A stretch of 64,000 nucleotides of DNA, taken from assembly GCA_907165135.1 (NCBI GenBank), contig OU015569.1, positions 12,586,001-12,650,000 on the forward strand, written 5' to 3'. Shown one piece after another: positions 18,309-29,800 of the stretch. The first letter of the stretch is position 1. Each line of letters opens with the position of its first letter. The notes beneath the pieces are model-generated. The model worked only from the letters and a program-made list of their open reading frames with translations. It was not told the origin of the DNA and searched no databases. A program made the translations under genes and the position numbers. The DNA is from Oikopleura dioica. Lineage: Eukaryota; Animalia; Chordata.

Positions 18309-18488
18309 CAGGGCTGGGCAACCTGTGTAAAAAGCCTGAGTCAGGGTTAAACTAAACTCATGCTTTCTACACAGGTTGCCCAGCCCTGAGTAAGACTCTG
18401 TTTCTTTTGTCGTTCTTCGACAACCTGTGTAGAAAGCCTGAGTTAAGTTTAACCCTGACTCAGGCTTTCTACACAGGTTGCCGAGCCT
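18309..18488. mobile_element. Two adjacent short family-A MITEs
   Basis: CAGGGCTGGGCAACCTGTG...CACAGGTTGCCCAGCCCTG, then a second copy at about 18415-18488. Confidence 0.8.
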
Positions 18489-18838
18489 CTACTGTAATCC
18501 AGACAAATGTACAGGGCCGTGTGAGCTTTATTGATTGAAGTAGTGAGATGGAAGGATTCCAGAGCAGGAAGAAGTAACTTTCGAGAGCAAGATTGAATTT
18601 TAACAGTAGCGAAAATACACAGTTGGGCATGCACAGTCTCTTACGAATTGTAGAACAGTAATTCGTAGCGTCGGAAAGAAGATGGGAGGGTTTCTTCGTT
18701 TTTTACTTATTCTGATCGGCGTTTTCTTGGCTCCCCTGCCGAGATGATAAGATTGATATCAGAAGCAGGGTTTTCATGTCTAAATAAAAAATAAAATTTT
18801 TCGATAAGAATTTTTTATAAGATTGTATTCCTCTGGAA

Positions 18839-18973
18839 CATTAGTAAATTCTCGCCAATTTGTCAATTCTAGAGCATTTTTGAGAAAATTATTTAATCAG
18901 TAATTCATCGCTGATAAGATAATTTTCTCAAAAATGCTCAAGAATCGACCAATCGGTGATGATTTACTAATGT
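18839..18973. mobile_element. Hairpin MITE of about 135 bp
   Basis: ATTAGTAAAT..GAGCATTTTTGAGAAAATTAT versus ATAATTTTCTCAAAAATGCTC..ATTTACTAAT. Confidence 0.65.
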
Positions 18974-19128
18974 ATCAGAGGAGTACAGTAAGAGTTACAG
19001 TAACTGTAGAATCTTGATTTTTTCAAAATCGTTTGATAAAATTTCTAGGTTCCGAAAAGTGTCGAGTTCCTGAAAAGAAAAATATGCTTCTCAGAAAGCT
19101 TGTGCCAATATTTAGACAGTTTGGGCTA

Positions 19129-20576
19129 ACATACCCCCCCCCCCTAAATTTCCGCGCAATTCGTGGTATTTCGCCCAAGTTTACGTTTCCTCACTTTTCC
19201 AAAACCCCCGAAATTTACGCTTCCTTGCGTTTCCTTGCGTTTCCAAATTTCTTCTCCTAACTTTTCCGCGTGCGCCCAAATTTACTCGCGACCCGCTGAA
19301 ATGCGCGCCAACGCTAATGACCGATTAACCTTACGACCACAAGTGTGCCATATATGGCACCAAGGCAAAAAAAGGCCCGTAACTCATTTTTAACTTGATG
19401 TTAGAATTTCGCCGACCCCCCTTTAAGGCCCTACTTTTCGCCGACCTTTCACGTGGTATAACCTAAATGACCGCTGCTTCGCTACAAATGCAACCGAATA
19501 GCGAATTTAGCTTCGCTACACTTGTGTCATATATGGCACACAAATGCATTCAGAATGTGCCATATATGGCACATTGTGGTCGGGGGGACTATTTTCTTCC
19601 GGAGAAGCAATTGACTTCCTGGGTCGTGGATTGAGTTTTGGCATGTGTCTGCATCATATTTTGGGTAAGGAATCTGATTTGTGCTTGGGCTTGGATTAAG
19701 GTTCGGTTTCAGCCAATAATACGGTCTCAAGAAGGCGGTAGAGACGATGTGTCATATATGGCACATTGTGGTCGGTAGGATATCTTCCGCCGGCAAAATT
19801 TTGCATTTTTTGGGTAATTTTGTTTGGGTCTGGATTAGAATTTTAGTTCGAATTTAGCCTCAGATTCTCTTCCAGAGTCTGATTTCGGTTTGTTTTTGGG
19901 ATAAGGCTCGGGTTTGGTTTATAAAATAGCTTCTAGAGGGCAGTAAAGGAGATGTGCCATATATGGCACATTGTGGTCGGGGGGTGAAATTTCCGTTTGT
20001 GGTCGTAAGGTTAACGGGCGCGTTATGCAATCATAGCGCCAAATTAAACCAAGGGATTTCAGTCTTTTTCAGGAACTTGAGGCTCTAGAATTGGAAATTT
20101 TTCGTGGCTTGGAGTCCAAGCCTTGGACACATAATTTAAATGTGGTCAGGATTTTGCTCGACAGAAGTCGTTTTCATCTATCACACTAGCATAACGTTCT
20201 ATCAAATAAATTAAAAAATAAATAATTTATTTATAAACTTCACTGTAACAATTAACAATAATTTTATCAAAGATAACATGAGATAGGGCTGCCCTTGGTT
20301 CCTAGGGCCTAGGCCCTAGGAAGTCTGGAAGGGAATCTGGCTTTTTATAAAAGATCATCCTTTCTTTGCCCGGAGCGAGCAAAACAAGACTTTTGCGCTC
20401 TCACTGAGAGCCTCTCAGAAAGTTAACCGACGAAGCCAATCAGCGCCGCGAGCGTAAATTAGGGCGCACGCGGAAAAGTTAAGCGGCGTAAATTTGGGGG
20501 GTTTTGAACAAATCAGGAAGAGTAAATTACGGAAAATGTACCGAGGAATGCGCGAAAACTTGGGGGTGGGGTATGT
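19129..20576. mobile_element. Non-autonomous TA-flanked element of about 1.45 kb with imperfect TIRs of about 200 bp
   Basis: TA|ACATACCCC...GGGGTATGT|TA. Subterminal inverted blocks such as AACTTTTCCGCGTGCGCCC / GGGCGCACGCGGAAAAGTT. Confidence 0.75.
19329..20010. mobile_element. piggyBac-like MITE nested inside the 1.45 kb element
   Basis: TTAA|CCTTACGACCACA...TGTGGTCGTAAGG|TTAA. Five internal TGTG(C/T)CATATATGGCAC motifs. Confidence 0.75.
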
Positions 20577-20631
20577 TATCTGAAGAGCGAGTTTGATAAA
20601 TTTAGCTTTTCACACTTTTGGAATTGAGCTT

Positions 20632-20975
20632 ACCAAGGTCGTCTTTGGGCTGAGTTTTTCCAAGAGCGGCGAGTCGCTGCTCCAAGGCGTCGTCCTCGAG
20701 TTTGAGTGTGTCTAGCTCTAGAAACGGCGAGATTAAATCGGGGCAAGCAAAACACTCGAGGAATTGCGCAGGAATTACTAGAACCGCTGAGAACGCTCGT
20801 CTGACTCACCTTTCTCGATTTTGCTGATTGCCGCATCAATCTCGGCTTTGATGATATCCTTGACGTTCTGCTTCTCTTCCGACACTGTGTCATTCAAATT
20901 CGCCACTTCCGCGCTCAGGGATTCCACTTCCGCCTGCAGCTCTTTCACTTTCCCTCCCTTGTTCTTTTTTGGGTC
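20632..20975 (-). CDS. Coiled-coil exons of an unassigned gene
   Basis: KVKELQAEVESLSAEVANLNDTVSEEKQNVKDIIKAEIDAAISKIEK|ELDTLKLEDDALEQRLAALG with in-phase GT-AG junctions (GTGAGT donor, GTAAGC donor). Confidence 0.6.
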
Positions 20976-21036
20976 AAAACAGAAAACATTTTTCAGAGTT
21001 TCAGTAACTTACTTATTGACTAACAACTTGTTAGTA

Positions 21037-21360
21037 ACAAGATCAGCAACCTGTGTTGAAAACCTGAGTCAGGGTCTAAAATGCTAAAATGAAAAGCCGC
21101 GTAGCGGCTTTTTCAAAAACGAAGCCGCGAAGCGGCTTTGCCAGAAATTTTAATAAATTTCGATCTGTCTAAGGACCCTGAGTCAGGTTTTGGACACAGG
21201 TCTTGGCTGGGCAAGCTTTACTGAAAACCTGAGTCAGGTTCTGAAGAGCTAAAAGGAAAAGCCGCTTCGCGGCTTTGTTTCAAAAAGCCGCTACGCGGCT
21301 TTTCATTTTAGCTTTTTCGACCCTGACTCAGGTTTTCAACTCAGGTTGCCGATCTCAAAA
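21037..21360. mobile_element. Composite (head-to-head) family-A MITEs with internal AAAAGCCGC-N-GCGGCTTTT hairpins
   Basis: Four CCTGAGTCAGG/CCTGACTCAGG cores within a palindrome of about 320 bp. Confidence 0.8.
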
Positions 21361-21429
21361 TCGAAGCTATCATTCAATTTGTCGTAGTCGCTCTTTTGAT
21401 AGGAAAGACGAATACTTGTTGTTGTTGAT

Positions 21430-22700
21430 GATTTTACCCAGACTTTGAAGGGTTGAATGGAAGAGGGTTGTGGAAATAGTAATCGAATGGGGGGTCGTTC
21501 ATGATCTCGCTATCTTGAAAAGGAGGCCTTTTGTTGTGTGTTGTTGACTTGTCGTTGTTGGTGTCGTTGTTGTCGTTGTGGTGGTGGTTGTTAATGTTGT
21601 CGAGGAACCCGGTTGCCCGCTGCCGGAATCGACATCGTCCGAAATATTTTTGGAAAAAGTAGCGTCGAAGTTGATGTTCATAAAGCTGGGCCATTCATCC
21701 TCTGCGCCGACTTAAAAAACGTAATTTTGCAGAGCTGGTCGTTTCTGGCGCAATTTATTATTTTTATTGCGCTGTAGCGTGAAGCTAGCGGGATTACATG
21801 GAACCCAGACCAGCGGAGTGGTCTCTCCCCGTCCCAGCGTCGTCAAAGCGCTTCGAAAAACAACAACGCTAGAAAAAAAAATGGATGAACTTGAAAATGG
21901 AGGGCTTCAAAGTTTCAGCTTTTGTATTTTGTCAAAACGAGTGCCCCTCGATTTTAATTTTGGGGTGGGAGAAGGAGCGCTACTGCTTCTTCGAAAATTC
22001 GCAGAAATTGGCGAATTCTTGAATTAATCTGAACTTCCCGAGTTTTCATAATGACCCCCTTATTCTTTTCGCTAGAAATTAGCTCAAACCCATAATTTTA
22101 TTTATTAGTAAAAAAAATTTTTTAAAATAAAAATTACCGACCGGAAAATTCAGATATAGCATTCAACTAACTTTCGATGACAAGAAATAAGGGTGTCATA
22201 ATGATAACTTTTGGAGAAGAGCCCATTTTTGGATTACCTTTGAATGTGATGCGATTCGTCACTTTAGTGAACTTGTCCAACATAAAGGTGAAATTCCTGG
22301 TTTCTTCTTTGAAATTCGCGCTGCTTCTGGCCATTAAATTATCTCCAACGGCTTCGAGCGTCAAATTCACCGCCGACTTCTTGAGTTTGCTGTAGACTTC
22401 GACGTCTAGAATGTCCGATTCTAGCCGAAACGTGCTTCCAATTTGCCCCCTCCGAAAATGCCCGCAAACTATTTTGTCCTGAATCGCCAGCCCGTTCGTC
22501 TCGCAATTTTCCGAAAAAGGGAGCCTGATAAAGTGAGGCGTGATTGAAAACTTCCCAGTCAAGGAAAATAGGCTTAGTTGGCAGTTGCTGACTGTACTGA
22601 TGCTGAAATTGATGCTTTCGCCTTCTCGTAGGGTTCGTTTTTGCCCGCAGAGATTGTTGGCGGCTGTTGTCTTTTGCGAGGATTTTCGACAATCAAGACT
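21430..22700 (-). CDS. Probable extracellular protein: CUB-like Cys pattern followed by a Thr-rich mucin tract (partial)
   Basis: Open frame NNLCGQKRTLREGESINF..NCQLSL..FSENCETNGLAIQDKIVCG, and an exon with a Thr-rich mucin tract (SSTTLT followed by a long Thr run). There is an apparent -1 frameshift near 21530-21555. Confidence 0.5.
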
Positions 22701-22705
22701 AAACC

Positions 22706-22821
22706 TTGGCTACGAAACCTGTGCAGAAAATCTGAGTCAGGGTCTGAAAAATCTGTTATGAAAAAGCCGCGAGATTTTTCAGACCCTGACTCAGGTTTTC
22801 TGCACAGGTTACCGAGCCTAG
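22706..22821. mobile_element. Family-A MITE
   Basis: AAACCTGTGCAGAAAATCTGAGTCAGGGTCTG / CAGACCCTGACTCAGGTTTTCTGCACAGGTT. Confidence 0.85.
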
Positions 22822-23359
22822 GTTTTTACAAATTCCATTATTTGCTTATGTTTTATTTTTAAAGTACAAAAGTCGGGTCGACTATTTCGCCTCATATTTT
22901 TTGGACTAAAAACTGACTAGACCTTTTTTGGCTAAAAAATATTCTATAAAAAACCCCCAAAAAACGACGTTTTTCAGAGAAAATTTAGTCAAAATAGGTC
23001 TACCCAGTTTTTAGTCCGAAAAACCCTTTGACTAAAATGAAAAAGGTCTAAAATGATTAATAAGAGCTTTTTCGCCAATTTTACTTCCATGAAAAAATCA
23101 ACTGAACTTTAATTTTCTTCCGGTAGTTTTCTTCTCGAGATAATGGTTGCTCAAACTTGGTTCTCTAAGAATTAAAGTTTCTCTTTTATTCTTTTTTATT
23201 TCAAGTTTTAGTCCTCTTCCTGTTGCAAAAGTAGAATCCGACGAGTAAAAGAATCATCTCTTTAATTGTATTTCAAATTTATGCTCTTTTACGAAAAATT
23301 CAGGAAAAATGTCGGTTTTTATTTTATGATTTTTTTTATTTAATATTTGTGTTAAAATG

Positions 23360-23580
23360 TTTCCGAAGATGCGGATTTTTGGAGGAAGGCGCGATTCTGG
23401 CGGACGGAGCGTTCTGGCGCCCTCGGAAAGTTTCTGATAGCACGTTTGGGCTTATCAACTTCAATACTCCTTCAGAAGGAAAATATTTCTGACCTTGAGT
23501 ACCTGATCTCGTCACCCAAGATGCATAAACCGGTGGCACCCGACCGGTTGCTCGATTTTGAGGACGCCCTTCACGACTTA
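23360..23580 (-). CDS. Possible small spliced ORF of unknown function
   Basis: GC-rich exon-like blocks separated by a GTACTC...AAG intron-like segment. The downstream frame reads SIEVDKPKRAIRNFPRAPERSVRQNRAFLQK. Confidence 0.3.
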
Positions 23581-23721
23581 AATTGAAAATTGCAAATTTC
23601 GATCCAAAAGTCGTCGAAAGCGGATGCGGCAAATGTCGATTTCGAGATTGAAATTGCTTCTTGCTGATTTTACTGAAAAAATCGAAACAATTTCACAACT
23701 CCGACTCAGGTTTTCACTCAC

Positions 23722-23920
23722 TCGGCTCGGCAACCTGTGAAAAAACCTGAGTCAGGTTCTGAAGGATCTGAAAAGCCGCGTAGCAACATCACCATTTTCG
23801 ATTATTTTAAACTACTAGTGAGGCTGCTTTGCGGCTTCGTTTCTTAAAAGCCGCTACGCGGCTTTTCATTTAGACTCTTCAGAACCTGACTCAGGTTTTC
23901 TTCCTAGGCTGCCGAGCCCA
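23722..23920. mobile_element. Family-A MITE (long form with GCCGC hairpins)
   Basis: GGCTCGGCAACCTGTG..CCTGAGTCAGG / CCTGACTCAGG..GCCGAGCCCAG. Confidence 0.85.
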
Positions 23921-24364
23921 GTTTCTGGTTGAAATTCATGTGACAACTTGATCATGGATGTTGCTTTGTTTTGTGTATTGGGGGAACATTTAATTTGACC
24001 GCTATGTGGAATTGTTCTGAACATTATCCCTTGTTCGGAGACGACAACAGAAAAACAATTGTCTCAATTGAAAATTGGAAAATTAATTGAATTCAGATTG
24101 ATTTAGTGCCCTAGATTTTTCAAAAATCTAAATTCGAAATAGCAAAAACTTCTTATTGATCATCTCACTAGATTTTTGACCAGATTCTGTTCCCAGGTGC
24201 TGGTGATCTCTCAGTCATTTTTCTGATCGTTAAATTGAACTAAAGACAACAAGAGCGCGCTGGATTCCTAAAACAGGAAGAAAACAGGAAGTCTGAGGAG
24301 CATGAGTGGTCACAATCGACTCGTACATTTTTACACGTAAATTATTGCATCTAGCGCTTCACGT

Positions 24365-24541
24365 ATGGGCTCGGCAACCGGTGTAGAAAACCTGAGTCAG
24401 GGTTTAAAGAGCTCAAATGAAAAGCCACTACGCGGCTTTTTGAAAACAGAATCATTTCATTTCATCTATTTTTGAATACTTTCAAATCATCTTAGCTCTT
24501 TAGACCCTGACTCAGGCTCCTACACAGGTTGCCAAGCGCAG
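24365..24541. mobile_element. Family-A MITE
   Basis: TIR pair, with TTCACGT duplicated on both flanks. Confidence 0.85.
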
Positions 24542-24712
24542 GGTTCACGTATTCGTTTTCGAATGACAAGTAGCGAAAATGGAGAACGTGAGAGTGGCAC
24601 CATTTGCTTGCCATTTTGACAATGATGTAATCGCTCTTCAAAAAATATAACGATCCGTAAAAAACTCATCTCGTCATTGTCTTATTTTTTTATCGGCCCT
24701 GTTTTTAAAAAA

Positions 24713-25669
24713 ATGGGCACTAGTACTACCAGTAAAGTGTTGAAATTAGCATCATTTTTGTTTTGTTTGTTTTCCAGCGGCGGATGCGAGTTTATAGAGC
24801 TGCCAAATGTTGGAAAAGTTAATGAAGTTCACCACGTCAATGGAAATAGAATGTTTGCTCCTTGGCCGGAAGGGTTTGAAGAAACGGTTTTAGGTAAGAA
24901 GAAATCACTTTTTCAAAATCAAAATGACAAAAGAGAGAGACTTTCTTTATTTTTATTGAAATAAGGGTATCACAACTTTAAAGTTAATCCCTCGATGAAA
25001 TATTCCCCGTTTCAGGAATGGGTTGCTTTTGGGGAGCAGAGCGGCTTTTCTGGAAGCAAGAAGGAGTCTTCTCAACGCAAGTCGGCTATGCTGGCGGGAC
25101 AACTGAGTTCCCCACCTATGCCGAAATGAAGGAAGAAAATAAAGGAAAACACGCGGAAGTAGTGAGAATCATCTTTGACCCCGCGAAAATCAGCTTCGGC
25201 GAGTTGCTTCAGCTCTTCTTCGAAAATCACGATCCAACTCAAGGTTTGCCCCTTTCTTTCCAAAAACATAGTTCCCAAAAGGGCATTCTTAAGGCGATCG
25301 ACAAGGAATAGACGTCGGCTGCCAATACCGCTCTGTCGTCTTCGCCCAAAATGAAGAACAGCTCCTGACAGCGCTGAAGACTAAAATTCTCTTCCAAGAG
25401 CAACTTGCCAAAATCGAATCGAGAAAAGACGACCTGATAAGTATGAAAATAAAAATGGAAAAGAGGTTCTAAATTTGTTTCAAATTTTAGCGACGGAGAT
25501 AAAGATAGAAAAGCAATTTTACTACGCCGAAGACTACCACCAGCAATACCTGTCGAAGAATCCTGACGGCTTTTGCGGGCTGAAAAATGAAGGGATCAAG
25601 TGTCCATCGCCAAATGACGACTTTAAGGGTGTACCCAACGAAATCAAGGATTCTTTCGAGCAGAGCTAA
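24713..25669 (+). CDS. MSRA: Peptide methionine sulfoxide reductase A, 4 exons
   Basis: HHVNGN..PWPEG, L|[36 protein letters not shown]|[34 protein letters not shown]. The start codon is uncertain. Confidence 0.93.
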
Positions 25670-26338
25670 GTCACTGTTGTCTGGTAGACATTTTCCCAGC
25701 TGGCAATCAGGGAATGAAGGTGGAACTTAGCTTGGCTGGGCAACCTGTGCAGAAACCTGAGTCAGGGTCCTGAAAGAGGTTGAAAGAGCCAAGCTTATTT
25801 CTACCTTCATTTTCTCCTTGATAGACGGCTAGAAAAATGTCTAGCAGACATAGAAGATGGGAATGAAGCCTGCTTGAAATAACAATATTTCGATTTGGCT
25901 GCGTACCCCCTTAAGAATTTTCTGAAAGAAGAGCTCTGATGAATCAACTGGTGATTAGGAAAATTCGTGTTCATGATTCTGCAAAATTCTGAAAAATAAA
26001 TCGTCAAATTCGAGTTAATAAGGGATTAGCGTTACTCAAAGCTTCAAACTCTCAAATGAAAAACTCCAATCATCGGAATGCCAAATCAATCTAATTCTCC
26101 AAATTCTGGCGATTGTCTCAAGTCAGACAGACGTCCAGACAATTATCGCTACCAGTCGAGCGATAACTCAAAATCGTAGCGCTGAAGACACTTTTTTTCA
26201 ATTTATTCAAAGCGTTTTTTGAAAAAAAATATTCAAGAAATTAAATAAAAATATTTTCAGATGCTTTAAAAATGGCGAGAAATTTGAAAATGAAAAAAAA
26301 TCCCAAAAGGAAGGGATATTGCCCCCGTCATGAGGAAT

Positions 26339-26710
26339 CTAGGCTCGGCAAAGAGCCGCATAGCAACTTTTTTCGAAAACATTAGATTCTGGCGAAGCCG
26401 CAAAGCGCTTGGCTCGGCAACCTGCGTAGAAAGCCTGAGTCAGGGTCTGAGAGATCTTTACTGAAAAGCCGCGTAGCGGCTTTTTTTAAAACGTAGCCGC
26501 TATGCGCCTTCGCATATCTTACCTATCTAATCTATTTTTAGATTTTCTACGCGGCTTTTCATTAAAGATCTTTCAGACCCTGACTCAGGCTTTCTACACA
26601 GGTTGCCGAGCCCAGCATTTTGCGGCTTCGTTTTAAAAAACGGCTACGCGGCTTTTTATTTTAGCTTTTCCAGAGCCTGGCTAAGGTTTTTACTCCAGTT
26701 GCCGAGCCCA
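26339..26710. mobile_element. Family-A MITE nested inside a second family-A copy
   Basis: Outer CTAGGCTCGGCAA..GTTGCCGAGCCCAG. Inner copy at about 26408-26613. Confidence 0.8.
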
Positions 26711-26888
26711 GGTTGTCCAGACGGGATCAATTGGAAACGCTGAAAACGGCGGCTGAGTCATAAAAAGGAGGGGCCATTGTGGTGACTCAGCGCAAAGCAA
26801 AAAAAAAAAATCGATTTTGGGTTGTTTCCTCTTTTAGAGAATTGAAGTGCCGATTTCACCCGAAAACTGGCTCCCATTTTGAGAAGAA

Positions 26889-29800
26889 ATGTCGTCTGGA
26901 TTTTTCTCCGAGAAAGAAGCCGAACAGAATCGAATTTCTAGGCAGAAAGAATGGGAAAGAGTCAGAAAACCGAATGATCCGAAAGAAGCGCCGCTTGACC
27001 AGCTCAAAAACGCAAGGTACACCCTTAATTTTTCTTTTTTTTTTTATTTTTCTGTCCAGTTAAATTTATTTGGATAGTTTATACATTTTTAATTATTATT
27101 AAATTTTTTAAATTCATTAATAAAAAAATTAACTCGTCGGCGATCAATAGACCAATAATTTGGAATATTTTTTAATATTTTTTGAAATATGCGAAACTCG
27201 CTTCTGTGACCAAATTATTGTTCGAACTGCCCGAAAGGTTAAATTTAAAAATTTTGATTTTCAAAAAAATGTCGGAAAATTCAGAAATCGGTCGATTATT
27301 GGACAATTTTCATCAAAACATTTGAATTTTATAGATTTTATTCACTGACCAGATGATTGGCTTTGCTCTCGGAATGGGTTAAATTAATTATTTTTAGTTT
27401 GAAACAATTAAATTCTTCGAAAATTGGCTGATTTTTTGACATTCGTTTTGCAATTTTCGTCATTATTAAAAGATTTTGTTTTTTGACCGGAAAATTGGTC
27501 ATTTTTTAAATTTTGTGTTGAGGCCACTTCACCAGCAGCTAGAAGAAAATCGCGTGGCGGAACAGGAAGCTCTGAACGACTCATTGGCGCTGAGTGAGTT
27601 TTTAACTTTTGAAATAAAAATTTCACTTTTGCTAATAAAATCTAAAAATCCATTCAGAAAACCAAATCAGGGGGCTCAATGAAGACGAAACGGCGTATTT
27701 GAACTCGGTCTCCAATGCCGAAATGAAAATCGAGAGGGAACGGCAGAGAGAAGCGGATCTTCTTATTGGCGCGCTCAAGCGAAATCAGGAATGCGTTTTT
27801 TAAGAATTTAAGAATTTTTAAAATAGGTCAATCAAATTGCTGCATTTAGGCTGAGAAACTATGCAGCAATTTGATTGGCCACGGAAAAAAAGAACTTATG
27901 GTTATTTTTTCTACACTTGCTCCTTTTGATAATGAACCTTTCCATCAAGGGTTTCTAATTGGTCGATTAGGGCCACGGTAGATCACAGCCAATCAGAGGC
28001 CTTGGATGGAAATTTTCATTATCAAAGGAAGCCGCTGTAGATAAGAGATAGCCTTAGTTCTGTTTCCGATCTGGCAAATGAACTTTCTACGCTTGCTTTT
28101 TCCGATAATGAAGATTTCCATCCAAGGTCCTGATTGGTTGATTTTGACGCTTATTCCTTAGCTGATCAGAAGCCATGGATTGAAGTTTCGTTATCAAAAG
28201 AAGCCACTGTAGATTAGGATACCCTTAGTCATGTTTCCTAACCCTGAGTCTATCTACAGACTGTAGACTACAGTACCCAATCAAAATTTCTAGATCAGTA
28301 ATAATAGCAAATGTGTACAAAGTATTTTTAGAGCTCAAAATATAAAATTCCCAATTAAAAAAAAAACGTATGAAGAGCTCTTATTCGATCAGAAACGACG
28401 CGACTAAACCAGTTTTAGTTGAAAAGTCGAAGCTTTCAGAAACGGGTTTATTTCTTCTTTTTTCGATCTTGGACAGCTCGATTGGGCCGTAAATTAAGCG
28501 AAAGTGAACCCTTGTTCTGATGAAAATGGAAAAAGAAAGAAGAAACAATCCTCGCTCCTCGCGGGAGCAATAAAAAGAAAGTCAGAGTGGTTAGTTTCTC
28601 TTTTTACAGTTATTACAGTTAATGGTACTTTTTATTAATGAACCAGATTGATCTGTCGCAAGTTACTCTTACAGACTTGCAGTTACAGTTACCAGAGTTG
28701 TAATTTTTTCTGAGTCAGCTGAAAAATCAGGCTTTTCTAGTCGGGCTCGGCTCCGATTGAGCCAGCTCAGCTCAATAGCGCTAAAAACGAGCTCGCTCAA
28801 TTGAAGCTGAAGCTCAGCTCAGAATCACGAATATGAGCTAGCTCAGCTTGAGCCAACTCAGCTCAAAAGCGCTAAAATTGAGTCTGCGCTATTCGAGCCA
28901 GCTTAGCTCAGCTCCAATTGAACCAGCTCAGCTCAAATGAAATGAAGGTCAGCTTGAGTATAAACTCAATTTGAGCTAGAGCTCAGCGAAGAATATTGAA
29001 AACTGGAGCCTGAGACGAATCTAAAGCTCAAGATAAAAAAAAGTACAACTCTGAGTCAGAGTCTCTGACTGTAACTGTCGATTCTAACTCGTGTGATCGG
29101 AACTGTGCTCCAAGTTCGAGATGAAAACGTCGAGAAAGAATTTTCGCCTTTGCGCGAATTGAGCCACCCTGAACAGTTTCGTTTTTACAGTAAGATTCAA
29201 AAGGTCCTTTTTACCGTTCGTGATGCATAAACTTTTCTATCAGTTTGTCAATTTTCGTTTCATTCTCGCTCGCTGAATTTCGTTCATTTACACTGTAAAA
29301 ATGACTGTTATTTCTTACCTCTAGTAACGCTCATTTGAAAACTTTCTCCGACTGCTTTTAGTTTTCGTAAGTTTGAGTCTGTAAAGAGAAATATTGATAG
29401 AGACACCCTAAGCTTCAATAAATGGGAACCCCTAACTTCTCGAAATAAGCGAGCTTGGCTCAGTAACCTGTGAAGAAAGCCTGCGTCAAGGTCTGATTGA
29501 TCTCCAATGAAAAGCCGCGGACCCTGACTCAGGTTTTCTACACAGGCTAATGAGCCCAGCAAGCGAGTTAACAATTTAGGGCGGATTCGCTGAAGATTTA
29601 TCGACAATTTAACGATTGACTTACGAATTAATCTAATTTCTTCGCTTCTGATTCTATTCAGCTCATCTATCGTCATTTTTTCCAGCTTTCTAGCGCCGGA
29701 AATCAATTTCAATCTTCAAATCTCTGAACTGACCTTTTACTTTTTCGAGATTTTCTTTCCAACATCAAGCTTTTCTTGGTTTCTTTTTCTTCAAAATTTT

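Noticed and set aside
21530-21555. Pseudogene call for the mucin-like gene
   Set aside because: A single missing A in a low-complexity tract explains the frameshift. An assembly error cannot be excluded without reads.
27590-27665. Suspected frameshift at the FAM192A exon junction
   Set aside because: Recounting shows CTG A|AA AAC CAA is in frame.
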